Assembly: GCA_031362565.1 (NCBI GenBank)
Contig: JANLSU010000039.1
Location: 64,001 to 128,000, forward strand
From: a bacterium
Lineage (GTDB): Bacteria; Krumholzibacteriota; Krumholzibacteriia; G020349025
Length of the DNA stretch: 64,000 bases
Direction of reading: 5' to 3'
The first letter of the stretch is position 1. Each line of letters begins with the position of its first letter. The notes below the pieces were generated by a model that did not search any database, was not told where the DNA came from, and saw only the letters and a list, made by a program, of their open reading frames with translations. Below are positions 46,005-57,053 of the stretch, piece by piece. The translations under genes and the position numbers were made by a program.

Positions 46005-46746
46005 GCCGGACGCGCTCCCGCAGGATCGATTCGACTTCGCGCAACTGTTCCGGCGTGTTGACGCCCAAAACCTCACGCGGATCGCGGCACACCTGCGCTG
46101 CCACCCGCCGCCCGAGACCCAGGAGAATCTCGAGCGTATCGGTCAGATAGTACTCGCCTTGCGCGTTGTCGGCGCGCACTTGTCCGAGCGCCAAGAAAAG
46201 ATCGCTGATCGAAAAGGCGAACAAGCCGGAATTGATTTCGCGCCCCGCCCGCTCCTCTTCGGTTGCATCCTTGTGCTCGACGATGCGCCTGACGGAGCCG
46301 TCCGGGCCGCGCACGATGCGACCGTACCCGGTCGGGTCATCGACTTTGGCGCTCAAGACCGTCGCCGCCGCGCCTGCCGCATGGTGCGTCGCGAGCAAGT
46401 CGCGGAGCGTCTCGGCAGTCAAAAGCGGCGTATCGCCGCACAGCACGAGTACTGTTCCCTCGACGCCGGCGAGCAGCGGTTGTGCTTGCAGCACCGCGTG
46501 GCCCGTACCGAGCTGCTTTTCTTGCCGGGCGAAGGCGACACCGCGCGGCGACACGGCGCGCTGCACCGCATCGGCCTGGTGCCCCACGACCACGACACTC
46601 CGGCGCACCCCGGCGCCTTCGACGGCATCCAGCACGTGGTCGAGCATCGACCGGCCCAGCACCGGATGCAACACCTTCGCGAGGTCCGAATTCATCCGCT
46701 TGCCGACACCTGCGGCAAGAACAATCGCGGCCGTCTCGTGCTTCAT
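45997..46746 (-). CDS. GlmU-like uridyltransferase, N-terminal domain only
   Basis: LAAGVGKRMNSDLAKVLH, QLGTGHAV, GDTPLL, GYGRIVR, NAQGEYYLTD, GVNT; ends without the hexapeptide acetyltransferase domain. Confidence 0.88.
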   Translation of the reverse strand: MKHETAAIVLAAGVGKRMNSDLAKVLHPVLGRSMLDHVLDAVEGAGVRRSVVVVGHQADAVQRAVSPRGVAFARQEKQLGTGHAVLQAQPLLAGVEGTVLVLCGDTPLLTAETLRDLLATHHAAGAAATVLSAKVDDPTGYGRIVRGPDGSVRRIVEHKDATEEERAGREINSGLFAFSISDLFLALGQVRADNAQGEYYLTDTLEILLGLGRRVAAQVCRDPREVLGVNTPEQLREVESILRERVRHA

Positions 46747-47657
46747 CGTGTCCCTCCGGCATGCGGCCCATCCGACCAACCGAGGAGTGGCGCGTCACGC
46801 ACCCCATCACCCTGCACTTCGAGGACGAAATTGTCGATCAAACGCGTGCGGCCCACGAATGCCGCCACGGCGAGTAACACGCGCCCGGCCACCGCCTCGA
46901 GCGGCGCGAGCGTCCCGGGATCCACCACCGCAGCATAGTCGATTATCAGCTGTGAGCCCCGGTCCAAGACGCCGCGCATGCGCGCCGCAATCGCCGGGCC
47001 GTGGCGCTCACCTTGCTGCAGCGCGTCGCGGCCGGCGCCCAAGGCTTCGTGCAAGAGAAGGGCCTCGCGGCGTTCCTCGGGTCCGAGGTAAGCATTGCGC
47101 GACGACATCGCCAGCCCGTCTGGATCGCGCACCGTGGGAACGACCCGCAGTTCCACCGGCCAGTCGAGATCGCGCACCATGCGCCCAAGAATCACCGCTT
47201 GTTGGGCATCCTTCCGTCCAAACACGGCGACCTGCGGCTGTACGAGATGGAACAACTTGGCAACGACGGTCGTGACGCCACGGAAGTGCCCGGGGCGGCT
47301 GCGGCCGCACAGCACATCCCCCATCGAACCCACTTCCACGACCGTGCGCGCGTCGCTCGCATACATGTCGGAGGCGGCTGGTGCGAACAGCAAATCGCAA
47401 CCCGCCCCGGCGAGCATCCGGGCGTCGGCTTCGAGATCGCGCGGGTAGCGCTCGAAGTCCTCACCTGGGCCGAATTGAGTTGGATTCACGAACACCGAAG
47501 CAACGACGAAATCGATTCCGGCGCGCGCGGTGTCGAGGAGCGCCAGGTGTCCGGCATGCAGCGCGCCCATCGTCGGCACAAGCCCGAGCCGCGCCCCTTT
47601 GTCGCGCAGCGTGGCCACCCGCGCCTGCATCGCGGCCCGAGTGCGCACGGTTTCCAC
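46743..47657 (-). CDS. panC: Pantoate--beta-alanine ligase
   Basis: VPTMGALHAGH, VFVNPTQFGPGEDFERYPR, RPGHFRGV, GLAMSSRN, RLIDN. Confidence 0.97.
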   Translation of the reverse strand: METVRTRAAMQARVATLRDKGARLGLVPTMGALHAGHLALLDTARAGIDFVVASVFVNPTQFGPGEDFERYPRDLEADARMLAGAGCDLLFAPAASDMYASDARTVVEVGSMGDVLCGRSRPGHFRGVTTVVAKLFHLVQPQVAVFGRKDAQQAVILGRMVRDLDWPVELRVVPTVRDPDGLAMSSRNAYLGPEERREALLLHEALGAGRDALQQGERHGPAIAARMRGVLDRGSQLIIDYAAVVDPGTLAPLEAVAGRVLLAVAAFVGRTRLIDNFVLEVQGDGVRDAPLLGWSDGPHAGGTR

Positions 47658-47658
47658 G

Positions 47659-48546
47659 TCAGCTCCCGTATTCGTGCTCGGGACGTGGATAACGCCCGGC
47701 GCGTACCGCCGCGGCGAACGCCGCTACCCCGGTACGCGCGGCGTCACCGAGCATTGCGAAGCGCTCGACAAAGCGCGGCATGGCGCCTTCGGTCAGCCCC
47801 AACAGATCGTGCAACACCAGGACCTGTCCATCACACGCCGCGCCGGCGCCGATGCCGATCGTCGGGATGCGCACCGCCGTACGGATTTCGGCCGCAAGTG
47901 CCGCCGGAATTGCTTCGAGCACCAGGCCGAAGCATCCGGCGTCCTGCAACTGACGCGCTTCCCGCCGCAATCGCCGCCGCGCTTCCGCCGAGCGGCCTTG
48001 AACTCGGTACCCACTCATGCGGTGCACCGACTGGGGCGTCAGACCCAAGTGCCCGAGCACCGGGATATCGGCGCGCACGATGGCTTCCACCATCGGCAGC
48101 ATGCGTTCGCCGCCCTCGAGCTTGACGGCTTCGGCACCACCGTGTTGCACGAGCCGGCCGGCGCTCCGCACCGCCTGTTGCGGCGACACCTGGTACGACA
48201 TGAAAGGCAAGTCCGCGACCAAGAGCGCCCGCGGCCGCGCCCGTGCCACCGCTTGCACATGGTGCAGCATGTGTTCGAGGGTGACTGGCAGAGTGCTTTC
48301 GAATCCGAGCACCACCATGCCGAGGGAGTCTCCCACCAGAATGACGTCGGCGCCGGCGGCATCCACCAAGCGCGCGAACGGGAAGTCATAGGCGGTCACC
48401 ATGACGATGGGCTGCCCGGCGCGCTTGAGATCCTGCAGCGAGGCGACCGTCACTTTGGGGCGTGCCGCCACCGCCGCTGCCGCGGTGCGGGCGGCCGGCG
48501 CCTGGCGCCGCGCCGCGGTCTTGCGTCGAGCACTCATGGCGGTCAC
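47659..48546 (-). CDS. panB: 3-methyl-2-oxobutanoate hydroxymethyltransferase
   Basis: MVTAYD, LVGDSLGM, AVKLEGG, GHLGLTPQS, TIGIGAG..CDGQVLV. Confidence 0.97.
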   Translation of the reverse strand: MTAMSARRKTAARRQAPAARTAAAAVAARPKVTVASLQDLKRAGQPIVMVTAYDFPFARLVDAAGADVILVGDSLGMVVLGFESTLPVTLEHMLHHVQAVARARPRALLVADLPFMSYQVSPQQAVRSAGRLVQHGGAEAVKLEGGERMLPMVEAIVRADIPVLGHLGLTPQSVHRMSGYRVQGRSAEARRRLRREARQLQDAGCFGLVLEAIPAALAAEIRTAVRIPTIGIGAGAACDGQVLVLHDLLGLTEGAMPRFVERFAMLGDAARTGVAAFAAAVRAGRYPRPEHEYGS

Positions 48547-49196
48547 CTCTCGCGCTGTGGCGTGTAGTACTGAACGCCTTGGAACGGCGTCTCGATGTGC
48601 CGGCGCAGGTCGTCGTAGTGTGCCCGGCTGTGCACGAAATCGATGTCGTTGGTGTTCACGACGAGGAGTGGTGAGTCCGTGTAGTGAAAGAAGAAATGAT
48701 TGTAGGCTTCCGCCAGGGAATCGATGTAGTCGCGCGGCATGTCGCGTTCGTATTCGCGGCCGCGCCGCACGATGCGCGCCATCAGCACGTCGACCGACGC
48801 TTGCAGAAAAACCACCAGATCCGGCGCCGGGACGCGGCCGTGCAGTTCGTCCGCGACGCGCTCGTACAGGTGCAGTTCGGCGTCGCTCAAGTTGAGGTTC
48901 GCGAAAATGCGGTCCTTGGCGAACACATAGTCGCTGACGACTCGGTGCTGGAAAAGATCCTGCTGAAAGAACTCCTGCTGCTGGCGATATCGCGACAGAA
49001 GAAAAAAGATCTGGGTCGCGAAGGCGTGCCGCCGCGGGTCCTCGTAAAAGCGGGTCAGAAACGGATTTTCCTCGACGACTTCCAGATTGAGCCGGGCGTC
49101 GAGATCGCGGGCCAAAAGGCGCGAGAGGCTCGTCTTGCCCGCGCCGATCACGCCCTCGATGGCAATGTAGCGAATTTCACGCGACGGGCTCGGCAC
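48543..49196 (-). CDS. Deoxynucleoside kinase
   Basis: GTG 49196 after GGAGG; YIAIEGVIGAGKTSL, ENPFL..FY, PDLVVFLQAS. Confidence 0.92.
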   Translation of the reverse strand: MPSPSREIRYIAIEGVIGAGKTSLSRLLARDLDARLNLEVVEENPFLTRFYEDPRRHAFATQIFFLLSRYRQQQEFFQQDLFQHRVVSDYVFAKDRIFANLNLSDAELHLYERVADELHGRVPAPDLVVFLQASVDVLMARIVRRGREYERDMPRDYIDSLAEAYNHFFFHYTDSPLLVVNTNDIDFVHSRAHYDDLRRHIETPFQGVQYYTPQRER

Positions 49197-49698
49197 GCCA
49201 CTCCTCCGGTGTGAGATCGCCCGCCGGGTGCAGCGCCTGATGCGATTCGAGGGCGCGCAGGCAGCGCACCAGCTCGGGCCGCGCGGCCAGAACACCCAGG
49301 TCGTCCAATGGCTGCAACACGAACCGCCGCGCCGCGAGTTGCCGGTGCGGCACGGTGAGCCGGGGGTGGGTGATGGTGCAATCCCCGTACAGGAGGATGT
49401 CGAGGTCGAGCGGACGTGGCAACTGGTGCGTTCCGGGGCGGCGCCCGGCGGCCAGTTCGATCGCCTGGGTGACGTCCAAGAGCTCGAGCGGTGTGAGTCC
49501 GGTGCGAGCCTCGAGCACGCCGTTGAGATACGCCGCCTGCGGTCCTGCCGGGCCGACATAGTCGGTGTCGTACAGCCGCGACACGCGCCGCGGCTCGACG
49601 CCATGGCGCGACAGGGCGCTGACGGCCCGGCAGAGTGCCATCCGGCGGTCGCCCTGGTTGGAGCCCAGACCGATGTACACGATCACCGACGCCTGCAT
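49177..49698 (-). CDS. folK: 2-amino-4-hydroxy-6-hydroxymethyldihydropteridine diphosphokinase
   Basis: YIGLGSNQGD, YLNGV, PRPLDLDILLYG, LTVPH, RRFVLQPL. Confidence 0.93.
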   Translation of the reverse strand: MQASVIVYIGLGSNQGDRRMALCRAVSALSRHGVEPRRVSRLYDTDYVGPAGPQAAYLNGVLEARTGLTPLELLDVTQAIELAAGRRPGTHQLPRPLDLDILLYGDCTITHPRLTVPHRQLAARRFVLQPLDDLGVLAARPELVRCLRALESHQALHPAGDLTPEEWRAEPVA

Positions 49699-49804
49699 GC
49701 GCCCGAACACCCCGCGTGGAAGTGGAGCACGCAACGACGATTCCGCCGCGCTTCCGGGTGGCAGCTTGCGGCGGGGACTCGAACGATGTCAAGGGTGCGC
49801 GAAG

Positions 49805-51370
49805 TCAGTTTTCGAGCTTGATCACCCAAGGCGACGGATAGCGGGTGCGTTTCATTCCGTCCAGCTCCTCGATGATCGCGGGGATATCGGGCACGCTCGC
49901 CGCGCCGGTCGACCGTCCCCATGGCGCCACCGTGTAGTCCGAAATGTAGACCAGCCATTTCTTGTCGCGCTTGAAGCGTGGGAAGAGGTTGTGCGTCACC
50001 GGCGCCGCGTATGGCAACAGGCGCGTCAACGTGTTGTCGTCGATGTCGAGGAGGTACAGATTGACGCGGTTTTCGATCTGGGCTTGGAACGCCACCAGGG
50101 TATGCTCGCCCGTTTGCCAATAGACGGTCGGGCTCAGGATTCGCGCCAGGTCGCTGTCGGGCAGTGCGATGGCGCTGACCGCACCGGTCGCCGCGTCGAC
50201 CCAGGACAAACCGCCGCCGACCGCAACCACGATCCGAGTCCCGTCCGGATGCCAGTCGAATCCCGCCACGCCACCGGTGGTCGTGAGACGGTGGTAGTTC
50301 ACGAGCGTGTCCGAGCGCGCTTCGGGGTGGGTGTGGCGGTCGCGCAGGCTGCCGGTCCACAAATCGTTGCCGCCGACGTCGTGCGACACGTTGCTCAGGA
50401 AGCCGATGCGCGCGTCGCTGCCCGATGCAGTCGGATCCCAGCGCGGCTGGGAGAAGTTGAACGCATACCAAAGCGTGCTTCCAAACCGCGTAAACGTCGA
50501 ATCGAACGTCATCTGCCGCGGCTTGAACGTCGTGCCATCGAGCTGCGGACTGTGCACAACCCAAAGATTGAGCGGCGCGCCGCACGACCCGCCGTTCGGG
50601 CAACGCTCCGGGTACTGGTTGTCCATCCGTGACGCAAAGACGATTTCGGCGCGCTGGGTACTGGCGGGAGCGACATCCGGGAAAAGTTTTGGTGCCGTCG
50701 GGAAGTTGTTCCCGGGCGGGTCTTCGGACACCTGCAGGACTTGCTGCAGCGGGCTGTCCAACGCTCCGTCGAGCGGTGCGAAGGCGTGCAGATACAGAAG
50801 GTTCGTGTTGTTGGCGCTCGGGGCCTCCACGAAGAGGATCTCGTTGCCGAAGAAAGTCGGCGACTGTGTCGGATCGTCGGGCTCCGGGTCGGCCCATGGA
50901 ATGCGCGCGCTCTTCATCCAACGATTCTCGATGACCGCGAACCGCCGGGTGAAACTGCCGGTCTCCGCCCCATTGGTGCCGTCGGCCTTGATGTCGTAGA
51001 AACCAAGCGCCAGAGTCGAGGGCGCGGGAAGCTGCAATGCCACCGACGCGTCATGGATCGTCAAGGCCGCCGTCTTGGGAACGAGCGTACCCAAAGCGGC
51101 CGGGACCGTCCAATTGTAGACGGCACGCGTCGTACCGCCGGTGGCAAACGCGGTCAGGTAGTGCTGCGCGACCTGAGCCGAAGGCAAGCTGCCGGAAGGT
51201 GCCGGCCGCTCGATGGAAATCGGCCGCAGAAAAACGTCGAACACTTTGAACGGACCGCCGTTGGTGCCGCCGCCCCCTGGTGGCGGCGGTGTGATCGAGT
51301 CTTTGTTGCAACTCGACGCGCCCACAACCCCACAGAGCAGGAGCGCCGCAACGATGCGTCGAAGGTGCAT
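49805..51370 (-). CDS. Lipoprotein with TolB/PD40-like beta-propeller
   Basis: Start MHLRRIVAALLLCGVVGASS-C; QPRWDP, FDWHPDGTRIV, PRFKRDKKWLVYISD repeats. Confidence 0.7.
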   Translation of the reverse strand: MHLRRIVAALLLCGVVGASSCNKDSITPPPPGGGGTNGGPFKVFDVFLRPISIERPAPSGSLPSAQVAQHYLTAFATGGTTRAVYNWTVPAALGTLVPKTAALTIHDASVALQLPAPSTLALGFYDIKADGTNGAETGSFTRRFAVIENRWMKSARIPWADPEPDDPTQSPTFFGNEILFVEAPSANNTNLLYLHAFAPLDGALDSPLQQVLQVSEDPPGNNFPTAPKLFPDVAPASTQRAEIVFASRMDNQYPERCPNGGSCGAPLNLWVVHSPQLDGTTFKPRQMTFDSTFTRFGSTLWYAFNFSQPRWDPTASGSDARIGFLSNVSHDVGGNDLWTGSLRDRHTHPEARSDTLVNYHRLTTTGGVAGFDWHPDGTRIVVAVGGGLSWVDAATGAVSAIALPDSDLARILSPTVYWQTGEHTLVAFQAQIENRVNLYLLDIDDNTLTRLLPYAAPVTHNLFPRFKRDKKWLVYISDYTVAPWGRSTGAASVPDIPAIIEELDGMKRTRYPSPWVIKLEN

Positions 51371-51420
51371 CACGATCGTCGGGCCTCCAAGGGCCAACCG
51401 CCGGCGGCACGCGCCGCGGG

Positions 51421-52200
51421 TCAGCGATACAGGGTCTTGATCTGCGACCATCGCATTTGCTGTTTCGAGGGCAGCACGCTCGAGAACGGCGTGAACTCCC
51501 AATCCAGTTTGGTCTGGCTCGGATCGGGCCGGTACCACAGCTCGCCGGCGTCGCGCGTCATGTAATCGCAGAACGGATGATCGTTCGCATCCGAATCGGC
51601 CTTGACGCCGGTAAAGTCAGTGTCGAGCGGATCGGAGAACTGCAGGATGAGCCAGGCCGCCTGGTCGCTTTCCAACACCAGGTTGTCGCCGGCGAGGTCG
51701 ACACAGGTCGGCTCACCGGCCGCGGCCGGGATCAAGAGGTGGCGCAGCGCCCGGAGATCCGAAGTGGCGGGCAATACCGGCGCGTCACGCCTCGTCACAA
51801 CAGCGCCGGCGGCGGCGTACGTGACCGCACGGTTGCTGATGAACGAGAAACTCACGAGTCGCGTCCGCACCGCGCCCGGCTCGAAATACTTCACGATGTA
51901 GTGGGTGAGCCTCGGAGTCTGCAGGCGGTCGAAAAACGACCCGACATTGATATAGCGCGAGGCGCCTGCCTCATAGCAACTGTCGGCGACCCCGACAGCG
52001 CATTCGGCGCGCCGGGCGGACGGCGTGGCAGCAGGAGCCGGGATACCGCTGCCGCCGACCATCGGCGTCGCGGCCGCGAGCGCCGCAATGCCACTCTGGC
52101 CGCTACGGCTCGATGCGGCACGCGCCAGCCCCGGGACGAGGAGCGCGGCTGCGATCAGACATCGAAAGGAGGCACGAAAGCCCGTGGAAGTCGAAATCAT
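51421..52200 (-). CDS. Exported hypothetical protein with C-terminal W-x-x-IK-x-LYR motif
   Basis: Signal peptide (LIAAALLVPGLARA); ends SVLPSKQQMRWSQIKTLYR. Confidence 0.7.
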   Translation of the reverse strand: MISTSTGFRASFRCLIAAALLVPGLARAASSRSGQSGIAALAAATPMVGGSGIPAPAATPSARRAECAVGVADSCYEAGASRYINVGSFFDRLQTPRLTHYIVKYFEPGAVRTRLVSFSFISNRAVTYAAAGAVVTRRDAPVLPATSDLRALRHLLIPAAAGEPTCVDLAGDNLVLESDQAAWLILQFSDPLDTDFTGVKADSDANDHPFCDYMTRDAGELWYRPDPSQTKLDWEFTPFSSVLPSKQQMRWSQIKTLYR

Positions 52201-52205
52201 GCCGT

Positions 52206-52234
52206 AACATAACGGCTGACCTTGGGCCCGTCAA
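52206..52234 (-). promoter_or_regulatory. Sigma-70-type promoter, probably leaderless transcript
   Basis: TTGACG-N17-TATGTT ending 5 nt before ATG 52200; no SD sequence. Confidence 0.6.
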
Positions 52235-52262
52235 CCCCGCCGGGGCGCAAGGGTTGCGCGCG

Positions 52263-52303
52263 AAAGCAAACGGGGAGCGGTGGCCCGAGCCGCCGCTCCC
52301 CGT
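52263..52303 (-). terminator. Intrinsic terminator of groEL
   Basis: ACGGGGAGCGGCGGC-TCGG-GCCACCGCTCCCCGT hairpin followed by TTGCTTT on the minus strand. Confidence 0.8.
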
Positions 52304-52326
52304 CGTCCGATTCGGCCGCCGCCGGC

Positions 52327-54495
<2,169 letters not shown>

Positions 54496-55275
54496 TTACT
54501 TGAATCGAAGCTGCGCCGCGACCGCCTGGAGGCCCAGGGTCATGAGACCGGGCTCCTGGCGGACCGTGCCGGCGAACCAGGGGGCGACGGCAAACGCCGC
54601 GCCGCCGGTCAGAATCAACGCCGCCGTCGCCGGCAGGTCCGCACCCAGGCGAGCGGCGACCGCGGCCACCCCGGCCGCCGTCGGATGCAGCACGCCCGCT
54701 TGCAGCGCCGCCACGGTGTCGCGGCCGATGCGCGGCGCCGCGGCATTCCATTCGAGGCACGGCAACTGCGCGGTTCGCGATCGCAGGGCGCCGAGCTGCA
54801 AATCGAATCCCGGCAGAATCAGACCGCCCTCGAAGCGTCCGTGGCGCAGCACGTCGATGGTGATCGCGGTGCCCACATCGATCGCGATGCCGTCTCGAGA
54901 GCCGAGGGCGCACAGTCCGGCAATGTTCGCAAGGCGATCGACGCCGAGCGTCGACGGGTTGCGCACTGCGATCACGAACGGCCATGGGTCGTCCCACCGC
55001 ACGCGATGCACGTGCCGCACGCCGCAGGCACGCACGATCCGAGTCAGTGACTCGACCGCACCCGGAACGACACTCGCGATGAGCACCGGCAGCGCGCCGT
55101 GCCGCGCCGTCACGGTGAGCGCGGCGCGGAACGCCGCGGCGAGTTGCACGGGCCGGCTCCGCGTCGGCAGTCGGATGCGGCCTGCGACCCGCCCGGCCGC
55201 TACGACACTGATCTCGATCTTGCTGTTGCCGATGTCGATGACCACGACATCGCGCGCCAACCGGCGGCGGTTCAT
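54496..55275 (-). CDS. coaX: Type III pantothenate kinase
   Basis: VIDIGNS, ASVVP, LGVDR, IDVGTAITID, GGLILPG, TGG; ATGA-coupled to birA. Confidence 0.93.
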   Translation of the reverse strand: MNRRRLARDVVVIDIGNSKIEISVVAAGRVAGRIRLPTRSRPVQLAAAFRAALTVTARHGALPVLIASVVPGAVESLTRIVRACGVRHVHRVRWDDPWPFVIAVRNPSTLGVDRLANIAGLCALGSRDGIAIDVGTAITIDVLRHGRFEGGLILPGFDLQLGALRSRTAQLPCLEWNAAAPRIGRDTVAALQAGVLHPTAAGVAAVAARLGADLPATAALILTGGAAFAVAPWFAGTVRQEPGLMTLGLQAVAAQLRFK

Positions 55276-56195
55276 TGCAGGTGGACCTCGCCGGCGGACA
55301 GTTCGCGCAGCGCGCCGTCCGGTAAGCGCAACCGTAACAATCCCGCCGAGGTGATGCCGGCGGCACGTCCCGCGAGCCGGCCGGCGCCGGTTTCGACGCT
55401 CACGTCGCGGCCCAGGCTGCCGTCGACCGCCGTCCATGCGTCGACGAGCGTCGTGAATCGCGCCGCGCGCCAGTCCTCGACGCGGCGTTCGATGCCCTGC
55501 AGCACGGTGGCGAGCAACGCTTCACGCCGCCACCGCGCCCCGTGCGCCTCGAGCGTCGTCGCGAGCGGCAAGACGGCGCCGGCGATGGCTGCATCCATGA
55601 CGTTGATGCCGAGCCCGATGACGGCGTGCGGCGGCGCGCCGTGCCGCGCTTCGACCAAGATGCCGGCCAACTTGCGGCCGTCGAGCAGCACGTCGTTCGG
55701 CCATTTCGTGCAGAGCGGCAGGCCAGTCACTTCTCCGAGCGCTTCGCACACTCCCAATCCCACCGCCAGCGGCAGCAGCGTCGGGTGCGCGGCCGCGTCG
55801 AGCGGCGTATACAGCAAGAACGACGCGAGCAGGCCGGCGTGCGAGCTGCAGAACCAACTGCGTCCTTGGCGCCCGCGGCCATCGGTCTGCATTTCGGCGC
55901 ACCACAGAGCCCCATCCGGCGCACCGGTTGCCGCACCAGCGCGGGCCAAGTCGTTCGTCGACGCGGTCTCTTCCCACACTTCGAAGCAGCGGCCGATCTG
56001 CCCCTGGCATGCAGCACTGAACGCCTGCGGATCGAAATGCTGCGCGGCGCAGCGCAGGACCAAAGCCGCGCCGTCACGGACGATTTCGTGGCCGCGCCGC
56101 CGGAGTTCGTGCAACGCCGGCTCTGGAACCATGGCGGCGTTCAACCCGCCGGGCGACCCGATCAGATCGGCAAGCAGTCGCTCGGCGGCTTGCAT
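55272..56195 (-). CDS. birA: Biotin--protein ligase
   Basis: STND, AEMQTDGRGRQGRSW, KWPNDV, KLAGILVE, GLGINV; TGATG-coupled to nadC. Confidence 0.93.
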   Translation of the reverse strand: MQAAERLLADLIGSPGGLNAAMVPEPALHELRRRGHEIVRDGAALVLRCAAQHFDPQAFSAACQGQIGRCFEVWEETASTNDLARAGAATGAPDGALWCAEMQTDGRGRQGRSWFCSSHAGLLASFLLYTPLDAAAHPTLLPLAVGLGVCEALGEVTGLPLCTKWPNDVLLDGRKLAGILVEARHGAPPHAVIGLGINVMDAAIAGAVLPLATTLEAHGARWRREALLATVLQGIERRVEDWRAARFTTLVDAWTAVDGSLGRDVSVETGAGRLAGRAAGITSAGLLRLRLPDGALRELSAGEVHLQ

Positions 56196-57046
56196 CACAG
56201 TCGAAGTCCTTGCACGAGAAGCGAAAGATCCAGCGCCCGCGCACTGTGCGTCAGCGCCCCGACCGACAGGATGTCGGCGCCGGCGCGCGCGTAGGCCGCC
56301 ACCGTTGCGAGTTCGAGATTGCCCGACACCTCGAGGAGCGGCGCCCGGCGCGGGCCGCGCGCCTGCACGGCTGCGGCTACGGCTTCGGGCGACCAATGAT
56401 CGAGAAGAATGCGGTCGGGCCCAAGACGCAACGCGATATCGAATTCGTCCCGGGTTCGCACCTCGACTTCGACCGGAACTCCCCGCTCTCGCCCCGCCGC
56501 GAGCGCGGCGCCGAGAGCGCGTTCGAGCGAACCTGCGGCCGCGATATGGTTTTCCTTCACCAGGAGCATGGCATCGAGACTGGCGCGATGATTCGTACCA
56601 CCGCCGCAAACCACAGCGTATTTTTCCACCGCCCGCAAGAGCGGTGTGGTCTTGCGCGTATCCGAAATCACAGCGCTCGTCCCCCGCACCGCGGCGACGA
56701 ACTCCGCCGTCAATGTCGCGATGCCGGACAAGCGCTGTAAGAAATTGAGCGCCACCCGTTCGCCGGAAAGCAGCGCCCGCGCCGGGCCGTGCACCCGCAA
56801 GACCACGTCACCGCGCCCGACGCGCGCCCCATCTTCGACCCCGGCGACGCGGCACCCGGCCGCGAGGCGCGTGAAGACACATTCGGCGAGGGCCCGCCCG
56901 CCGATGACTCCGGGCGCCTTGGCGATGATGTGCGCTTCGACCTCGAGGCCGGCCGGCACGGTGCATTCCGTCGTCCAATCCCCGGCTCCGAGGTCCTCGG
57001 CAAGCGCCGCATCGACGAGTGCCGTGATCACTTCGTTGCGCAGCAT
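56195..57046 (-). CDS. nadC: Nicotinate-nucleotide pyrophosphorylase (quinolinate phosphoribosyltransferase)
   Basis: ALAEDLG.GD.TT, ERVALNFLQRLSGIAT, DTRKTTP, KENHI, SVGALTHSA. Confidence 0.96.
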   Translation of the reverse strand: MLRNEVITALVDAALAEDLGAGDWTTECTVPAGLEVEAHIIAKAPGVIGGRALAECVFTRLAAGCRVAGVEDGARVGRGDVVLRVHGPARALLSGERVALNFLQRLSGIATLTAEFVAAVRGTSAVISDTRKTTPLLRAVEKYAVVCGGGTNHRASLDAMLLVKENHIAAAGSLERALGAALAAGRERGVPVEVEVRTRDEFDIALRLGPDRILLDHWSPEAVAAAVQARGPRRAPLLEVSGNLELATVAAYARAGADILSVGALTHSARALDLSLLVQGLRL

Positions 57047-57053
57047 CGCCGCG

